In this document: in pieces, positions 1 through 12,198 of the stretch
Layout of the letters: the number at the start of each line of letters is the position of its first letter
Position numbering within the stretch: position 1 is the first letter of the stretch
DNA from: the human T2T-CHM13v2.0 reference genome, Homo sapiens
NCBI RefSeq assembly: GCF_009914755.1
Contig: NC_060930.1
Strand: one strand, 5' to 3'
Length of the DNA: 64,000 nucleotides
Made by a program: the position numbers and the translations under genes
Notes under the pieces: generated by a model
Seen by the model: only the letters and a program-made list of their open reading frames with translations
Told to the model about the DNA's origin: nothing
Database searches by the model: none

Positions 1-182
1 GGGTGGACCCAGTTTCTAATGGTTGGCATTTGCATATCAAAGGTTGCCAGCCTGGCTCCTAGAGGCAGGGCTTTCCTGCTAGATGAGAAATGTTTCTGGA
101 GCTGCTTTAAAAGAAACAACTTTCCAAGGACCCCTTTTCCTCTCTATCTGCCTAAAATAATTTCTTAATAACTCCTATAACA
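1..182 (-). mobile_element. ERV1 LTR, LTR9B-like, 5' part (runs off window)
   Basis: Reverse complement begins TGTTATAGGAGTTATTAAGAAATTATTTTAGGCAGATAGAGAGGAAAAGGGGTCC, matching the LTR9B/MER61-group start as remembered. Confidence 0.75.
28..42 (-). promoter_or_regulatory. SOX-OCT composite motif
   Basis: ATTTGCATATCAAAG, i.e. CTTTGAT-ATGCAAAT on minus; canonical spacing. Confidence 0.6.
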
Positions 183-195
183 CTGCGCTTCGTTG

Positions 196-755
196 TGTTA
201 AATAGAGCGAACTCCAGGTTTCTCTTCAAAGAATCAGTAGGTTAGTATGTTCAGCTCTCTTATTCTTTGTTCTCCATTTTACAGTTTAACTTCCTGGTTC
301 TCTTCGCCCCCTTGCCTCTAGTTTCAGTAAACAAGTTTCCTGCCAGTTCTAATTAGTAGTTCACATCTGTTCCCCTGGTCACCTTCTCCGTCCTGAGTCA
401 CCCCGGTCACCTGCTCTGACCTGAATCATCCTGAGTCACCTGTTCCGTAACCGCCCTTCCCGCCAAACTACTCACCCTACCACTCCAGCTCGTACCCCTG
501 CTCTCTTTAAAATAGCCAATCGGAATTAGCTTAGACTGTGCGGTCCAACCCTAGCCAATAGGGGAATGACACAGCAGTAGGGGCTACCTGTGTCAGGAAT
601 AAGAACCCCTTCCCTTCCCCTGTTCAGGTGTGCTCTCGCCACTGCTCCATCTGCAAGTCACACCCTTCTATAGAAGTAAAAATTGCCTTGCTGAGAAAAT
701 TAAATTTATGTTTGAGTGCTATTTCTTTGGTGGTATCAAAAATTTATTTATAATA
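196..755 (+). mobile_element. LTR10-family solo LTR (HERV-I group)
   Basis: TGTTAAATAG...TTTATAATA termini, TGAGTCA/GGTCACC internal repeats, two CCAAT boxes, near-TSD GTTG/GTAG. Confidence 0.85.
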
Positions 756-914
756 GTAGGATGCCCAGCAGTTTCCCTGGCCTGTGCCCATTAGATGCCA
801 GGAGCACACATTCCCCACCCCACATCAAACTATCAAAACTGACCATCAAAAATGTCTCCAGACATTGCCAAACGCCCCCTGAGAGGCAAAATCATCCCTG
901 ATTGAGAACCACTG
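756..914. mobile_element. MER20 (hAT-Charlie) remnant interrupted by the LTR10
   Basis: AAAAATGTCTCCAGACATTGCCAAA...TTGAGAACCACTG is MER20-like. Confidence 0.75.
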
Positions 915-2399
915 GTTTTGCTTATGCTTGGTCCTGTGAGGGTTGAAAGATGAGAAGCACAGGATTGTTGAAGTCCTAGGAGCAAAGCTACTTCCTGGAG
1001 ATTTGTAGAGGACAGACCACCAGTGAGTCACCCTTCCCAAAACTCACATTCACACTTGCCTTACCCAGCTTAGGGTCCTCACCATCACTACAAAAGGGAA
1101 AAGAAAAAGCAAGACTTCCTTTGCTGGATGCCTTGGGCACGAATTAGCAAGTGAATTGGCTCTGCCCAGCTCATAACTACTCTAGAGAGAGCTTTTTAGG
1201 GGAGGGGAGAGAGACAGAGAGACAGAGACAGCAGGGGAAACAAGAAGGCCACACCCACTTAAAAGGGAGCAGCAATTTGCTCCCAGGAGAGAGACAGCAC
1301 GGCAAAAGGCTCGGGGAGAAATGGCTCCCATCATACCTGGAAAGAGAACAGGGATGTGCTGCCCAGAGTGTCAGGTATCAATGTGCCAAGGTCCAGCTCC
1401 TCTAGCATTTCCCAGTGGCTCAACTGCAGGGATTCCTTGGATGCAACTCAGTTATATCTGGCCCCGCATTCTAGCTCTTGCCCAGGTCTTGCACATCCAT
1501 GTTCTACACTACAACACACATACGTCCACTCCTAGAAAATTCCAAAAGTACAGTGTGCTGCCTTCCCAGAAGCTCCCATTCTACAATAAAGCTAAACAGT
1601 GAGCTCAGGCACAAGGCCCAGTCAACACTGTCAGGAACCAACGCCTCGGACAGGATCCAAGATCAAGCCATGGTGCACCAAACCCAGCACCGAATGACAG
1701 GCCTTGGTGTGGCCTGGAGTCAACACTATTCACAAAGTGCCAAGTGTTTAACATGGAGAAAAGAAGCAATAAGCCAACCACCAAAGCGAAACCCAAGCCC
1801 ACAAAGATCAATGGGTTTTCAGTCCCTTTACTGAGCTTCTTACTGCAGGCAGGTTTTATGCCAGCCCAGGACAGTTTGCTCAGCCACCAAATCTCCCAGC
1901 AAAGGGAATTTTTCCTTTTCTCTTCCATCATGAACCCTCTTTCCCCCATCCTCCAACTCTGCCTTCCTGCCCATTCCTGGTGCAACTTCACTTTTTTCTC
2001 ATCCCTTTCCTTTCATTTCAAACGTTTGTTCCAGGAGCTGTTGTGAAACTATGTTGATGGCATAATCAAACCCTTGCACCAGGCCGTGATAGTGTGAGTC
2101 TGGGTAACCTGAGACAAATGCCACCTCCATTCTCAAGAAGCCCTAAGCCAGAGCCCTGTAGGGGTGTCTCACTTTCCTCGATAAATACTGGTGTGAAAAA
2201 TTGTGTTCAAATAAAAACTAATTTGATTTTTCACATAACTTGTTCAGGTTGGGGATGCTTTTCATTTCTGATTGATTTTTTTTTATTGTCATCTGACCCT
2301 ATCACTTTAAGTGTCTCTGCCCCTAAAGCTTTGAGTGAATAGCGAGCTCTGAACAAGCACTTAAATGTGCTGGAGTAAATTCATCAACATTATCTGCAA

Positions 2400-2710
2400 G
2401 TAGCTAAAAATGGAAGCAACCGAAGTGTAAAAGAGAAAGTAAATAAATCAAACCGCTGTATATTCACACAATGGAGTGCTGGGAGCCATATTCATATTCT
2501 TCTCAAAGAACATTTAATCTAATGGCAAATTTTTTTAAAAAAAATTCTAAATGATGATCCCATTATATAAAAAGAAATAAATCAGAATTATAATGGTGTT
2601 TATATTTGGGGGGGGGAGTGTGATATTATGAGTGGATTTTAATTTCTTTCTTTGTACATCTCTACAGATTCTAGATTCTTCCCTATGAATTCATGTTCCT
2701 TTTGCAATCA
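2400..2710 (+). mobile_element. old L1M 3' fragment
   Basis: GGAAGCAACCGAAGTGT...TATATTCACACAATGGAGT; highly decayed. Confidence 0.45.
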
Positions 2711-2834
2711 GAAAAGAAAAAGAAGTACTTTATTTCACTCCCCCAGTTATGAATGCCTTGGGAGCCGGGATTCTACCACGGCCGAGCCTGCCGTTCTCCC
2801 GGTGAGCATGGCTGTGTCATTCCTCTTGAGTTTT

Positions 2835-3255
2835 GGGTGGTCTTAAACATGATTGGTGTCACTCCAGTGATTAGGCTATGTTATCTGGCAAGGTTGAAGA
2901 GATTTTGTAATGAAGTCTCTAATCAGTTGACTTTAATCAAAAGGGATTTTATCCTGGTGGGCCTTTTGAAGCTGGTACAGAGATAACAGACTCTTCTGCT
3001 GGCCTTCAAGAAGCAAGCTGCTGTGAGCTCTACAGCTGCACTGAACTGAATTCTGCAAACAACTGTGCTTGGAAGAGGACCCTGAGCCTCACATGAGACC
3101 CCAGCCCCATCCATTCCCTGGACTGCAGCTTTGTGAGACCCCCAGTTAAGTGTGCCTAGACTCCTGACCCATGGACACTGTGAAATAGTAAGCGTGTGTT
3201 GTTTTAAGTAACTTTGTAGTAATTATTTTTTACATAGCAATGGGAAATCAATACA
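2835..3255 (+). mobile_element. MLT1 (E/F-like) MaLR LTR
   Basis: CTAATCAGTTGACTTT, GACTCCTGACCCATGGACACTGTGA, ends AATACA. Confidence 0.7.
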
Positions 3256-3887
3256 AATACTATTTTAAAAATCCAAAGTAAATCCAGTACCCCCACCATT
3301 ACCTCAATACCCACAGTCATTGGCTGGGAGCAGCCTGGGAGAGCAGGCTCTTGTTAAGGGTTCAGGAAGGAATCAAAGGTGTGGTAGCTGGAGGCTGTCA
3401 GCCAGGTTCTTTCCAAGGGAGATGGAGCAGCCCAACTCCAGGTCCCCACACCTCCTGCTGACATCTCCACCCACAATTCAGCCGCTTCCCTCCCTCTTTA
3501 TTAAGACTTTTCTTGTGAAATCACTAAAGACCTGCAAATCCCCAGGCCAGGATGAAGCCCACCATCTCCTTTCTCTGTGCCTGCAACTGTGCCTCTAAGC
3601 CTTGGCAATGGAAACGAAAGACACACCTTAGTAGTCACTGTAAATGGATCATTGTCACCTTCCAATGGACACACAACACTGCCCCTAACTCACAACACTC
3701 TCTAATAAGTATGTTCTTCTTCTCTTTGCAATGGCAACCTCATACCTTCTCTAAACTTCTCAAACCTCCCACCTCTCCTCCTCATCCCCAACCCCTACCT
3801 GGCCCTTCACTTGAGACTCCGGCTGCTTAATTATACTTACTTGAGAAAATGAAATCTATCAGTTTAGCACTCTCATTTCCCCATAAC

Positions 3888-4580
3888 TGTAACCGCCCAA
3901 TGGGTTCACCTTGCCCGCTGCCTAGACAGAGCCTATTTCCCAAGACAGGTGAATTGCAAAGAGAAAGAGTGATTCACACAGAGCCGGCTGTGCAGGAGAC
4001 CAGAGTTTTGTTATTACTCAAATTAATCTCCCAGAGCATTCAGGCATCAGAGTTTTTAAGGACAACTTAGTAGGTGGGGGGAAACCAGTGAAGCCAGGAG
4101 TGCTGATTGGTCAGGTCAGAGGTGAAATCAGGGGAAGTTGAGGCTGTCCTCTTGTGCTGAGTCAGTTCCTGGATGGGGGCCACAAGATCAGATGAGCCAG
4201 TTTATCAATCTGGGTGGTGCAAGTTGATCCATCAAGTGCAGGGTCTGGAAAATATCTCAAGCACTGATCTTAGGAGCAGTTGAGGGAGGGTCAGACTCTT
4301 GTAGTCTCCAGCTACATAACACCTAAACCATAATTTATAATCTTGTGGCTCATTTTTTGGTCCTATAAAGGCAGTCTAGTCCCCAGGCAAGAAGGAGGTT
4401 TGTTTTGGGTAAAGGCTGTTATCGTCTTTATTTTAAACTATAAACTAAGTTCCTCCCAAAGTTAGTTCAGCATACGTCCAGGAAGGAGCAAGGACAACTT
4501 AAAAGTTTAGAACCAAGATGGAGTCGGTTACGTTAGATCTCTTTCACTGTCTCAGTCATAATTTTCCAAAGGCAGTTTCA
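3888..4580 (-). mobile_element. LTR8 solo LTR, full length
   Basis: Minus strand starts TGAAACTGCCTTTGGAAAATTATGACTGAGACAGTGAAAGAGATCTAAC; perfect 4-bp TSD TAAC (3884-3887, 4581-4584). Confidence 0.88.
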
Positions 4581-4709
4581 TAACTAATTTACAAAGCTCC
4601 CCCGGCCTGTCCCTTTCTTATTTCTTCTTCCTGACAAAATGAAGGGGGCATTGCTTCTCCTAGCAATGGCCAGTCCCTGTCATGGCTCAGGGCCAGGTCT
4701 TCATAAGGA

Positions 4710-5186
4710 TGTAACCAAATCCAGGTTGAAAACCAAACGTTGAGAGACAAGAGTTGGGAGGAAAAGCATGTTTATTGGAGAACCAGCAAACTGAGAAGAT
4801 GGTGGGTTAGTGTCCTAAAATACTGTCTCAAGTCAGTACAAATTCCAGGCTTTTTTTAATGTTAAGGTCAGGAGGAACAGGAGGGCCTTGGTATCAAGAT
4901 GTAACCGATGATTGTCGACAACTCTGCACCAGCAAGGGTCTGAAGAAGTTGGGAATTTCTTTGTCTTTGGTCAGGTCACAACGCTCCAATAAATCTTTAA
5001 CCAAACATAGTTGTTTGCAGACTTCTCCTTTAATCCTAGAATTAGTTTTTAAAACTACATGATTGCCGTTTTGCATATCATCTCAGTACCCTAAAATTAC
5101 CCCAGCCTATGTGCAGGGATGGGTAAAGGATCCTTAAACAAAAATGGAGCTAGTTATGTTAGTTCTTTCGCTGTTTCACTGTTACA
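4710..5186 (-). mobile_element. MER4-group ERV1 solo LTR (MER31-like)
   Basis: TGTAAC...GTTACA termini; near-TSD AGGA/GGGA. Confidence 0.7.
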
Positions 5187-5299
5187 GGGACTTTCCTTCC
5201 CTGGTGATGATTCTCATGCTGATGACAAGGATGATTCTCTCTCTCGTCTCTCTCTCAGCTGCTGGTGCATTTTCATCAGTACACAGCACCACTTTGGTA

Positions 5300-5960
5300 C
5301 CTCCCAACCTATAAGACCCTCCCCCAATTCCGCATCCCCCTTCAGCCACTGCTTCATCTCCTTGTTCCTTTTTATAGCCTGACTTGTTGAAATAATTTTC
5401 TACACACTTTGCCTCCACTTTTTCCAGCTTCCATGCATCCTTGATCACACTCTGTTCTGGCTTCTGGCCCTACTCACACCTAAAGAGGCCAACAACCTTC
5501 ATCAACCTCTTAACCCTTTCTCCTCACCTCTGACTCTACACTTCACACTTCTCTCCCAGGCTTGCCTCCATCACTGAGATCACACACTGCTTTCCCTCTG
5601 TGATGCCCTCTGCCTCCTGCCCTCTCTTTCTCAGTCTCTTATGCAGGCAAATCCTCCACTACCAGCCCTCAGGGCTCCATCCCTGCCACCTTCTTCCCTC
5701 TAAATTTTCTTTTCCATGTGATTGCTTCTATTCCTTAGGCTTTAAATACCAATCCAAATATTGATGCCCCCCAAATGTCTATCTGTAGCTCAGCCCTCAC
5801 TTCTGAGTAATCTTTAGTACCTCCTGCTTCTCTGACACTCATGACCAAAGTGCCTTTAAAGCTGCTATTTCTGCCTTTAAAATGTATCTCACATATCTGT
5901 GCGTGACTTAGCGTCTCATGGCCACAGCATTAGTGCACAGCACCATCAGATTGCTACTAG
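5300..5960 (+). mobile_element. L2 fragment
   Basis: Pyrimidine-rich L2-like text, e.g. GGCTTTAAATACC...CCCAAATGTCTATCTGTAGCTCAGCCCTC. Confidence 0.6.
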
Positions 5961-5994
5961 ATCACATCTTTAACCTTCTGGATTCAATGATACA

Positions 5995-6157
5995 CAAACT
6001 GCTGCCCATTAGAATCACATGAGAAGCTTTTACAAATTCCAGGCCACACCCAGACCAATTAAATCAGAATCCCTGGGAATAGGGGAAACTGAGACATCAG
6101 TATTATCTTACACACTCCAAGGGGTTTCAATCTGCAGCCAAGTTTGGGAGCCCAGGT
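5995..6157. mobile_element. MER5-family DNA transposon
   Basis: ATTAGAATCAC...CCCAGACCAATTAAATCAGAATCCCTGGG. Confidence 0.7.
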
Positions 6158-6234
6158 TCTGACTGGGCATCCACTTGTGCCCGCTTCTGTCCATTCTCCA
6201 AAAGAGCCAAAGGGAGGATTTTTAAATGGAAACT

Positions 6235-6391
6235 GGCCAAGCACAGTGACTCACATCTGTAATCCCAGCACTTTAGGAGGCCAAGGCAAGAGGACCACTT
6301 GAGGCTAGGAGTTTGAGACCAACCTGGGTGACATAGCAATATCTTATCTCCATAAAATTTTTTTAAAAAGTTAGCCAAGCATGTTGGCATG
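6235..6391 (+). mobile_element. AluJ-type left arm, truncated
   Basis: GGCCAAGCACAGTGACTCACATCTGTAATCCCAGCAC; stops early in the right arm. Confidence 0.85.
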
Positions 6392-6678
6392 TTTTTCACA
6401 GTTCTGGAGGCTGGCAAGTCCAAAATCAAGGTGCCAGCCAATTCAGCTTCTGGTGAGGGTTCTCTTCCTGACTTGCAGACAGCCACTTACTGACTGTGTC
6501 CTAAATGGTGGAGAGAGAAGATCTCTTACTATTTCTCTTCTTATAAAGCCACTAATATAAAGACCTACCTCACGACTTTATCTAGCTCTCATTACCACCA
6601 GAAGGTCTCATCTCCAAATCATCACACTGGTAAGGGCTTCAACATATGAATTTTGGAGGGACATGGTTTAGTCCATAT
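6392..6678 (-). mobile_element. MLT1A-like LTR fragment
   Basis: CACAGTTCTGGAGGCTGGCAAGTCCAAAATCAAGGTGCCAGC...GGCTTCAACATATGAATTTTGG. Confidence 0.8.
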
Positions 6679-8265
6679 TTCCTGAAAAACTTGGACTCTT
6701 CCTGATTCTGCTTTAAGATAATCTCTTAAACTATTATTTGCTGCCTCCCATTGGGTTCTGCCCCTGTGCCCCCATAGCTTTCCATAGTTCTTGTGCATTC
6801 TTCTCTTAGAGCATTCATCAAACTCTGTGGTCATTATCTGCTACCCTATCCATCCCTCTCATGGAACTGGGAACCCACGATGACTGGGACCAAATTGTGT
6901 TCGGCTGTTAATAATTTCTGACATTTTAGGAATGATTGACTAGTAGATGCTTATAAGTAAGTGTTTCTGTTGCAATCAGAAAGGAGAGGAAAAAGGGATA
7001 GGGGGAAGTAGAAAACAGAGAATGAGAAAAGGCATTGAACTCCACCTCTAATAGGCAGTTCAGGGACCCCAGTCCTGTAAGTCACACAAAAGGAGGCAGC
7101 AGCAGGAATAAGGTAGGTCATATACTCCTTCATAGCCAGGGCAGGTAAGGCACTGAGTACAGTCTGTATTTCTTATCTAAGTGCCCAACAACTACCTTGG
7201 ACAAGTTACTCTATTCCTCCGTCCCTATGTTCTCTCATCTGTAAAACAGAGATAAGAAAAGCACCAACTCACGTGGTTATTTGGAGGCTTAAAAAAAATA
7301 ATGCATCTAGAGTGCCTGATACATCATCATTCACTGAATATGGCAAATAAAATAAATATGTGCATATACTGTGCATATCACTTAGCTAGATTTTTGAAAT
7401 GGCATTTTCAATGCCTGATAAGGTCGAAATTTTATTAACTAGCTATGATTTAGAAACGTATGCTGCGAAGTTCTTGTGGGAAAAAAAGGTTTTAAGTCAA
7501 CAATAAAAGTCAAATATTAGGAAAAGAGCAAAGAAGAAAACTAATATTGAAAGCTGCTTCTTTCAACAAGTTGACCTTTCCTCCTGTACATATTTTCCTC
7601 TATTAGAGCTGAGATAATGGAGTTATTCCTAAGCTTTGCCTTCCCTCTCCCCTGCCCCTTGTCTGTCGAGGAAAGGTTATGCCCAGCAGATGTTTGTTTC
7701 AATAAACACCGCATTAAGCCTCCTAGGCAGCCAGGATGGCACAGATGGTCTTCTCAAACTATTTATGTGCTCTTTCTCGATGCGTGATTTTTTCCTTTAC
7801 AATGATGACTTGGGTGTTAGAGAGATTGACAGCAGCACAGTCCTTGTGACAGGAAGCCCATGATTCTCACTAACATAGATCAGCAGCCAGGCACCCAACA
7901 CACAGCCTGGGCCTCACCTTGGTCACCTGTGGGTAGCACTGAAATATCACCTCCCTGAGAAACGAGTGGGAATATTGACCATCTACTCACTGCACTCAGT
8001 GAGAGGCCCCTAAAAATGGCCAGGGGGCTGCGAATGAAGCCCTCTGAATTCCTGGTTCTGCAGCTCTGTTGATTCACAGATCCTGGAAATAGGGGGAAAG
8101 CCTTCCAGGGCTCAGGAAGAGGGCCAAAGGTCCAGGAGGGCATGCATGAGTCAAGAGGAGGTCCATTTTTTCGGTAGCTTCACCCTGAGCCCCTAGACCA
8201 GCAGCTCCTCAGACCAGTTTCTTTCACCGATCACTGACCTGTGCTTAAAGGGACAGCTCCACAGA

Positions 8266-8429
8266 GGACTACAGGCATGTGCCACCATGCCCGGCTAATT
8301 TTTTTTTTTTATAGTGACAGGGTTTTGCCATGTTGCCCAGGCTGTTCTCCAACTTCTAGGCTTAAGTGATTCTCCTGCCTTGGCCTCCCAAAGTGCTGGC
8401 ACTACAGGCGTCAGCCACCGTACCAAGCC
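8266..8429 (-). mobile_element. Alu (J-like), partial
   Basis: GGACTACAGGCATGTGCCACCATGCCCGGCTAATTTT...CCTCCCAAAGTGCTGG. Confidence 0.85.
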
Positions 8430-8430
8430 A

Positions 8431-8902
8431 CGTTGTCCATTTTCTAATTGATTTTTGTTTTTTGTTTTTTGTTTTTTTTGCTATTGAGGTGTATGAGTTC
8501 CTTACATATTTTGGATATTAACCCCTTATTGGATATAGGGTTCACAAATATTTTCTCCCGGTCCGCAGGATGCATTTTCATTTTGTGGATGGTCTCCTTT
8601 GATGTTCATAAGGTTTTTTTAGTTTGATATAGTCATATTTGTTTTCTTTTGCTTTTGTTGCCTGTTCTTTTCATGTGATATCAAAAAAAATCATTGCTAA
8701 GGCCATTGTCAAAGAGCTTTCCCTATGGTTTCTTCTATGATTTTTATAGTTTCACATATCAGTCTTTAACTCATTTAGAGTTGATTTTCATGCGTGGCGT
8801 AAAATACAGGTCCAATTTTATTCTTTTTCATGTGAATATTCAGTTTTTCTCGGCACCATTTATTGAAGAGACATCCTTTAGCCGCAGTGTGTTCTTGGCA
8901 CT
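8431..8902 (-). mobile_element. L1M ORF2 3' fragment
   Basis: GTATGAGTTCCTTACATATTTTGGATATTAACCCCTTA...GCACCATTTATTGAAGAGAC. Confidence 0.85.
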
Positions 8903-9070
8903 TCTTCATCTTCTTATAAGGGCACAGCCCTACCCGGTTATGGCCCCACCCTCACAACCTCATTTAACCTTAATTACCTCCCAAACACCTCATCTCCAAA
9001 CACCATCACATTAAGAATTAGGGCTTCAAAGTACGAATCTGGGGAGAATGTAAACATTCAGTCCATAACA
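8903..9070 (-). mobile_element. MLT1A-like LTR fragment
   Basis: CTTATAAGGGCAC...CTCATTTAACCTTAATTACCTC...CATTCAGTCCATAACA. Confidence 0.8.
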
Positions 9071-10324
9071 GGCATGCTGCATTTCCCCCGGTTAGGTGCT
9101 TTTTTTCCCTGGATGGGTAATCCCCTACGCGTGCAGCAGGGATGATCTTCTCTGACTAGCTCATTCATGATACTCAACTGTTAGACATATTTTCTTGACA
9201 CGGAGAGTTTCTTAGATTTCGTTCGCAGGCCTTTGCTTTGAAATCTCTCTCGTCTGGTTTCTGTGGTTTCTGTCTTGTCAGCTCATCCCTTCAATCTCTC
9301 TCTCTACTTAGCCCCTCTACAAGGGCAGCGTGTTCAGCATTTGATTTAGCTTCTTCCAGATGCTGCCTCTTGAGCAGGTCCTTTCCCTCTGTGCTCTGCA
9401 GCCTGAGGATAACTCGTACAGCCCTAGGCTGTGTCTACCACTGGCTTGGTTGAGGACCTTGACAGTCAAGAGAGCTGGGGCCTGCAGGAAGTAGGACATG
9501 GAATGGATTGAATAGTGATCGACAGAAGGGAGATAGGAAAAGATGTGAGCTTTGTCTTAGGCCTGTAATATAGAGAGATAAAGGCAGATATAAGGAAATT
9601 TGATTATATAATAAAAATAAGGAGACATAAAATAAAACAGACTTTTATAGCTGTCTCCCCACGTTGAGTTCAGGAGTGCTCAGAGACTTGGATCCCCTCC
9701 CATCAGGGAGGGAATGCACATTGCCATTTTACAGATGACCATAAAGGACAGGGAAGAAGGGAAGGCACTCTTCCTCTTGGAGTCAGGCCCCTGTCTTAAG
9801 GGAGATAGCCCATGCCGGAGAGAGCCCTGCATGCAGTCAGTGCAAGGAGAGGTGCTCCTTTGCACACACCGAGTTTGCCTTAAGTGAAGCTTTTCCCAGC
9901 CCATGTGTTTTCTCCAGCCCTGCCCTCTGTTCGCTCAGGTCAGTGCCTCACCGCCACACTGTCTCTGCTTCACTTAGAGTCCTGGGAATTCATGGATCCA
10001 GAACATGCTGAGAAACGCCTGGAATTTGCATGAAATTTATTCAAGTACCTCTTTATCTGCGGCAGCTGATGATCAGGCAGCCTAACCTATCTCACAGAGA
10101 AGCAGCAGGCAGGTTGGATGTCAACAAGCAAGTCCTAGAGACACACAGTGCACACCAACGTGGGCATGCACACTCACAGTGTCAGTGAATCCAGTCATGC
10201 TCTTTGCCTCCTCAATGGTTTTAGCCTTGTGCTCTCCCCACTCACACCTCTGCGTGTCTATGCAAGAGTGAGCTACTGAATGCACTACAGCAGTACTGCT
10301 GATTTTAAGATATTTCCCTGCAGA

Positions 10325-10460
10325 TGAGAGGGTGGTCTTATATGAGGAAGAAGTGCCAAGAACACACAATGAGGAAAGGATAGTCTCCTCAGTAAACAGT
10401 GCTGAGAAAACTGGATATTCACATGCAAAAGAATGAAATTGGATACTTATCTTACACCAC
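10325..10460 (+). repeat. Inverted copy of the L1/MLT1A junction at 8794-8955
   Basis: Reverse complement aligns; 21 bp identical across the junction (8887-8907 vs 10347-10367). Confidence 0.7.
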
Positions 10461-11394
10461 TGACATGCTGATAAACAGCAATTCTTTCTCTCTCCTTGTT
10501 TCTCATGCTGATAACCACTCCTGTGCTCCTCCCATTTTCTTAGTATAACAAGCATAATTCAGCTTCTCAAATGTGGAGAGGAACATGGTGTGGAGAGGGG
10601 GATAGAGAACATTTTATTCTTAATACGTGAATACTGGAACCTCATTTTATATATCCCAAGATTCTGATTATAGGATTCTTCTTGGAGGTAAGACAATGGT
10701 TTCCAAATTAAGGACTGTGCAATGTAGTTCACTTGGATGAGAAACTGATGGAGATAACAGGTACTTAAAGAAATCAAGGAAAGCTAAGACCGAGAAACAA
10801 ATAAGAGCCTCATTCACTAATCATTTCTACTCATTCACTTACTCATTACCTAAATACTAGAGGAGGACCAGGCTAGACATTCATGACGCACATGCAAATA
10901 TATTTATGCTCCCATGTGCTTACAGCACGCTTCTGCCAAGGAGCTAGAGCTACTGCTGACAGCCTATGGCCAACTTACAGTCTGAGGACTGATCAGTTGA
11001 TCGTCTCCCTTGCATGGCTGCTAGGTGCAAAAGCGATGGCCTCAAGGGTCAGTATCTGCTCTGCTGTCCTTTCCCCCTGTTCAGCAGAACATAGGTCCTG
11101 TAGAGCCCTGGTAGCATCACAAATCAAGATATCCCTGAGGACCCAGCTCCAGAGCTGACACCCCCCTGGAAATTAAGCGTCCTGCCCATGAGGAACTGCC
11201 CACCTCTGGGAAGACCCAGGACCCTGAGTGCACAACCCAAAGGGCAGGCACGCAGAGGCATCCAGGATGCAGGGGTCTAAGCCTCAAGGAAAGGGGTTAT
11301 AACCAAGAGATGGTTTATTAAATTCAACCTTTTAATTCAGCTTTGTGTAAGAAATGAAACTCCCCAGGCAGCCATGCTTTGAACTGTGTTCAGT

Positions 11395-11860
11395 TCGTGT
11401 CGGGAACGGAGCTCTTCCCCCGCCGGCACACAGGCCAGAGCAGCCCAGGCGGGAGCAAGGAGGCAGGAGAAGACCAGGTACCAGGCATCCAGATGGCTGG
11501 GGATGCTGCTGGGAGGCGCCGGGGACTCCTGGGAGACGGTGGGCACCTGGCGGTAGTCAGAGCATTGCTGTACTGGGCACCTGTGAGACATCCCAGGCGT
11601 TGGAGGAGTAAGAAGCGCCCGCGGTCCTTCCCGCGGCGAGATCGCAGCGCATGTTCCACGTGAGCGTCGGCGCAGAGCTCCGGGTCATGGGAGGCCAGGG
11701 GGCTCGGGGACCAGAACGCAGGCCTCCGGCTCCCGCTGCCCTGTGCAGCCTGCCATCGTTGGCAGTGCCAAGGGACAGCGCATTTGGCTGGACGGAAATG
11801 GGGCCGACCTAGTTTGTGAAGCAGAGGAAACAGCTGCTGGGGTCCCAGGACCGTGCTGAA
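11395..11860. promoter_or_regulatory. CpG-rich patch (small orphan CpG-island-like)
   Basis: Dense CpGs such as GCGCCCGCGGTCCTTCCCGCGGCGAGATCGCAGCGC; CACGTG at 11657-11662; flanks are CpG-poor. Confidence 0.6.
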
Positions 11861-11902
11861 AAGCTCACTTGAAATAGCTACGACTTGAGAGTGAGAAAGC
11901 AC

Positions 11903-11958
11903 GAAGGAAGGAAGGAAGGAAGGAAGGAAGGAAGGAAGGAGGGAGGGAGGGAGGAAGG
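11903..11958 (+). repeat. (GGAA)n/(GGGA)n microsatellite
   Basis: 8 consecutive GGAA (11906-11937) followed by GGGA units. Confidence 0.95.
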
Positions 11959-12182
11959 TCCGGTTTCTCCCGCAGATCACTTTCCCTGAACATCTGCACC
12001 CTTGCCCTAGAGGTCTTCCCCTGGCTGGTTTAGGGGTGAAAGGAACAGAAGGGAGGGAGCCTCTGAGTGAGTCACAGTGACGGGAACAACTGGCTCCTCC
12101 CATCCCCCACCGTCCTTGTCCACCCCTCCCCACTGTAGCATGTGATCTTCTCTCTCTCCTCCCCATCCCACCCCCTCCCCAC

Positions 12183-12198
12183 CACACAGACACACACA

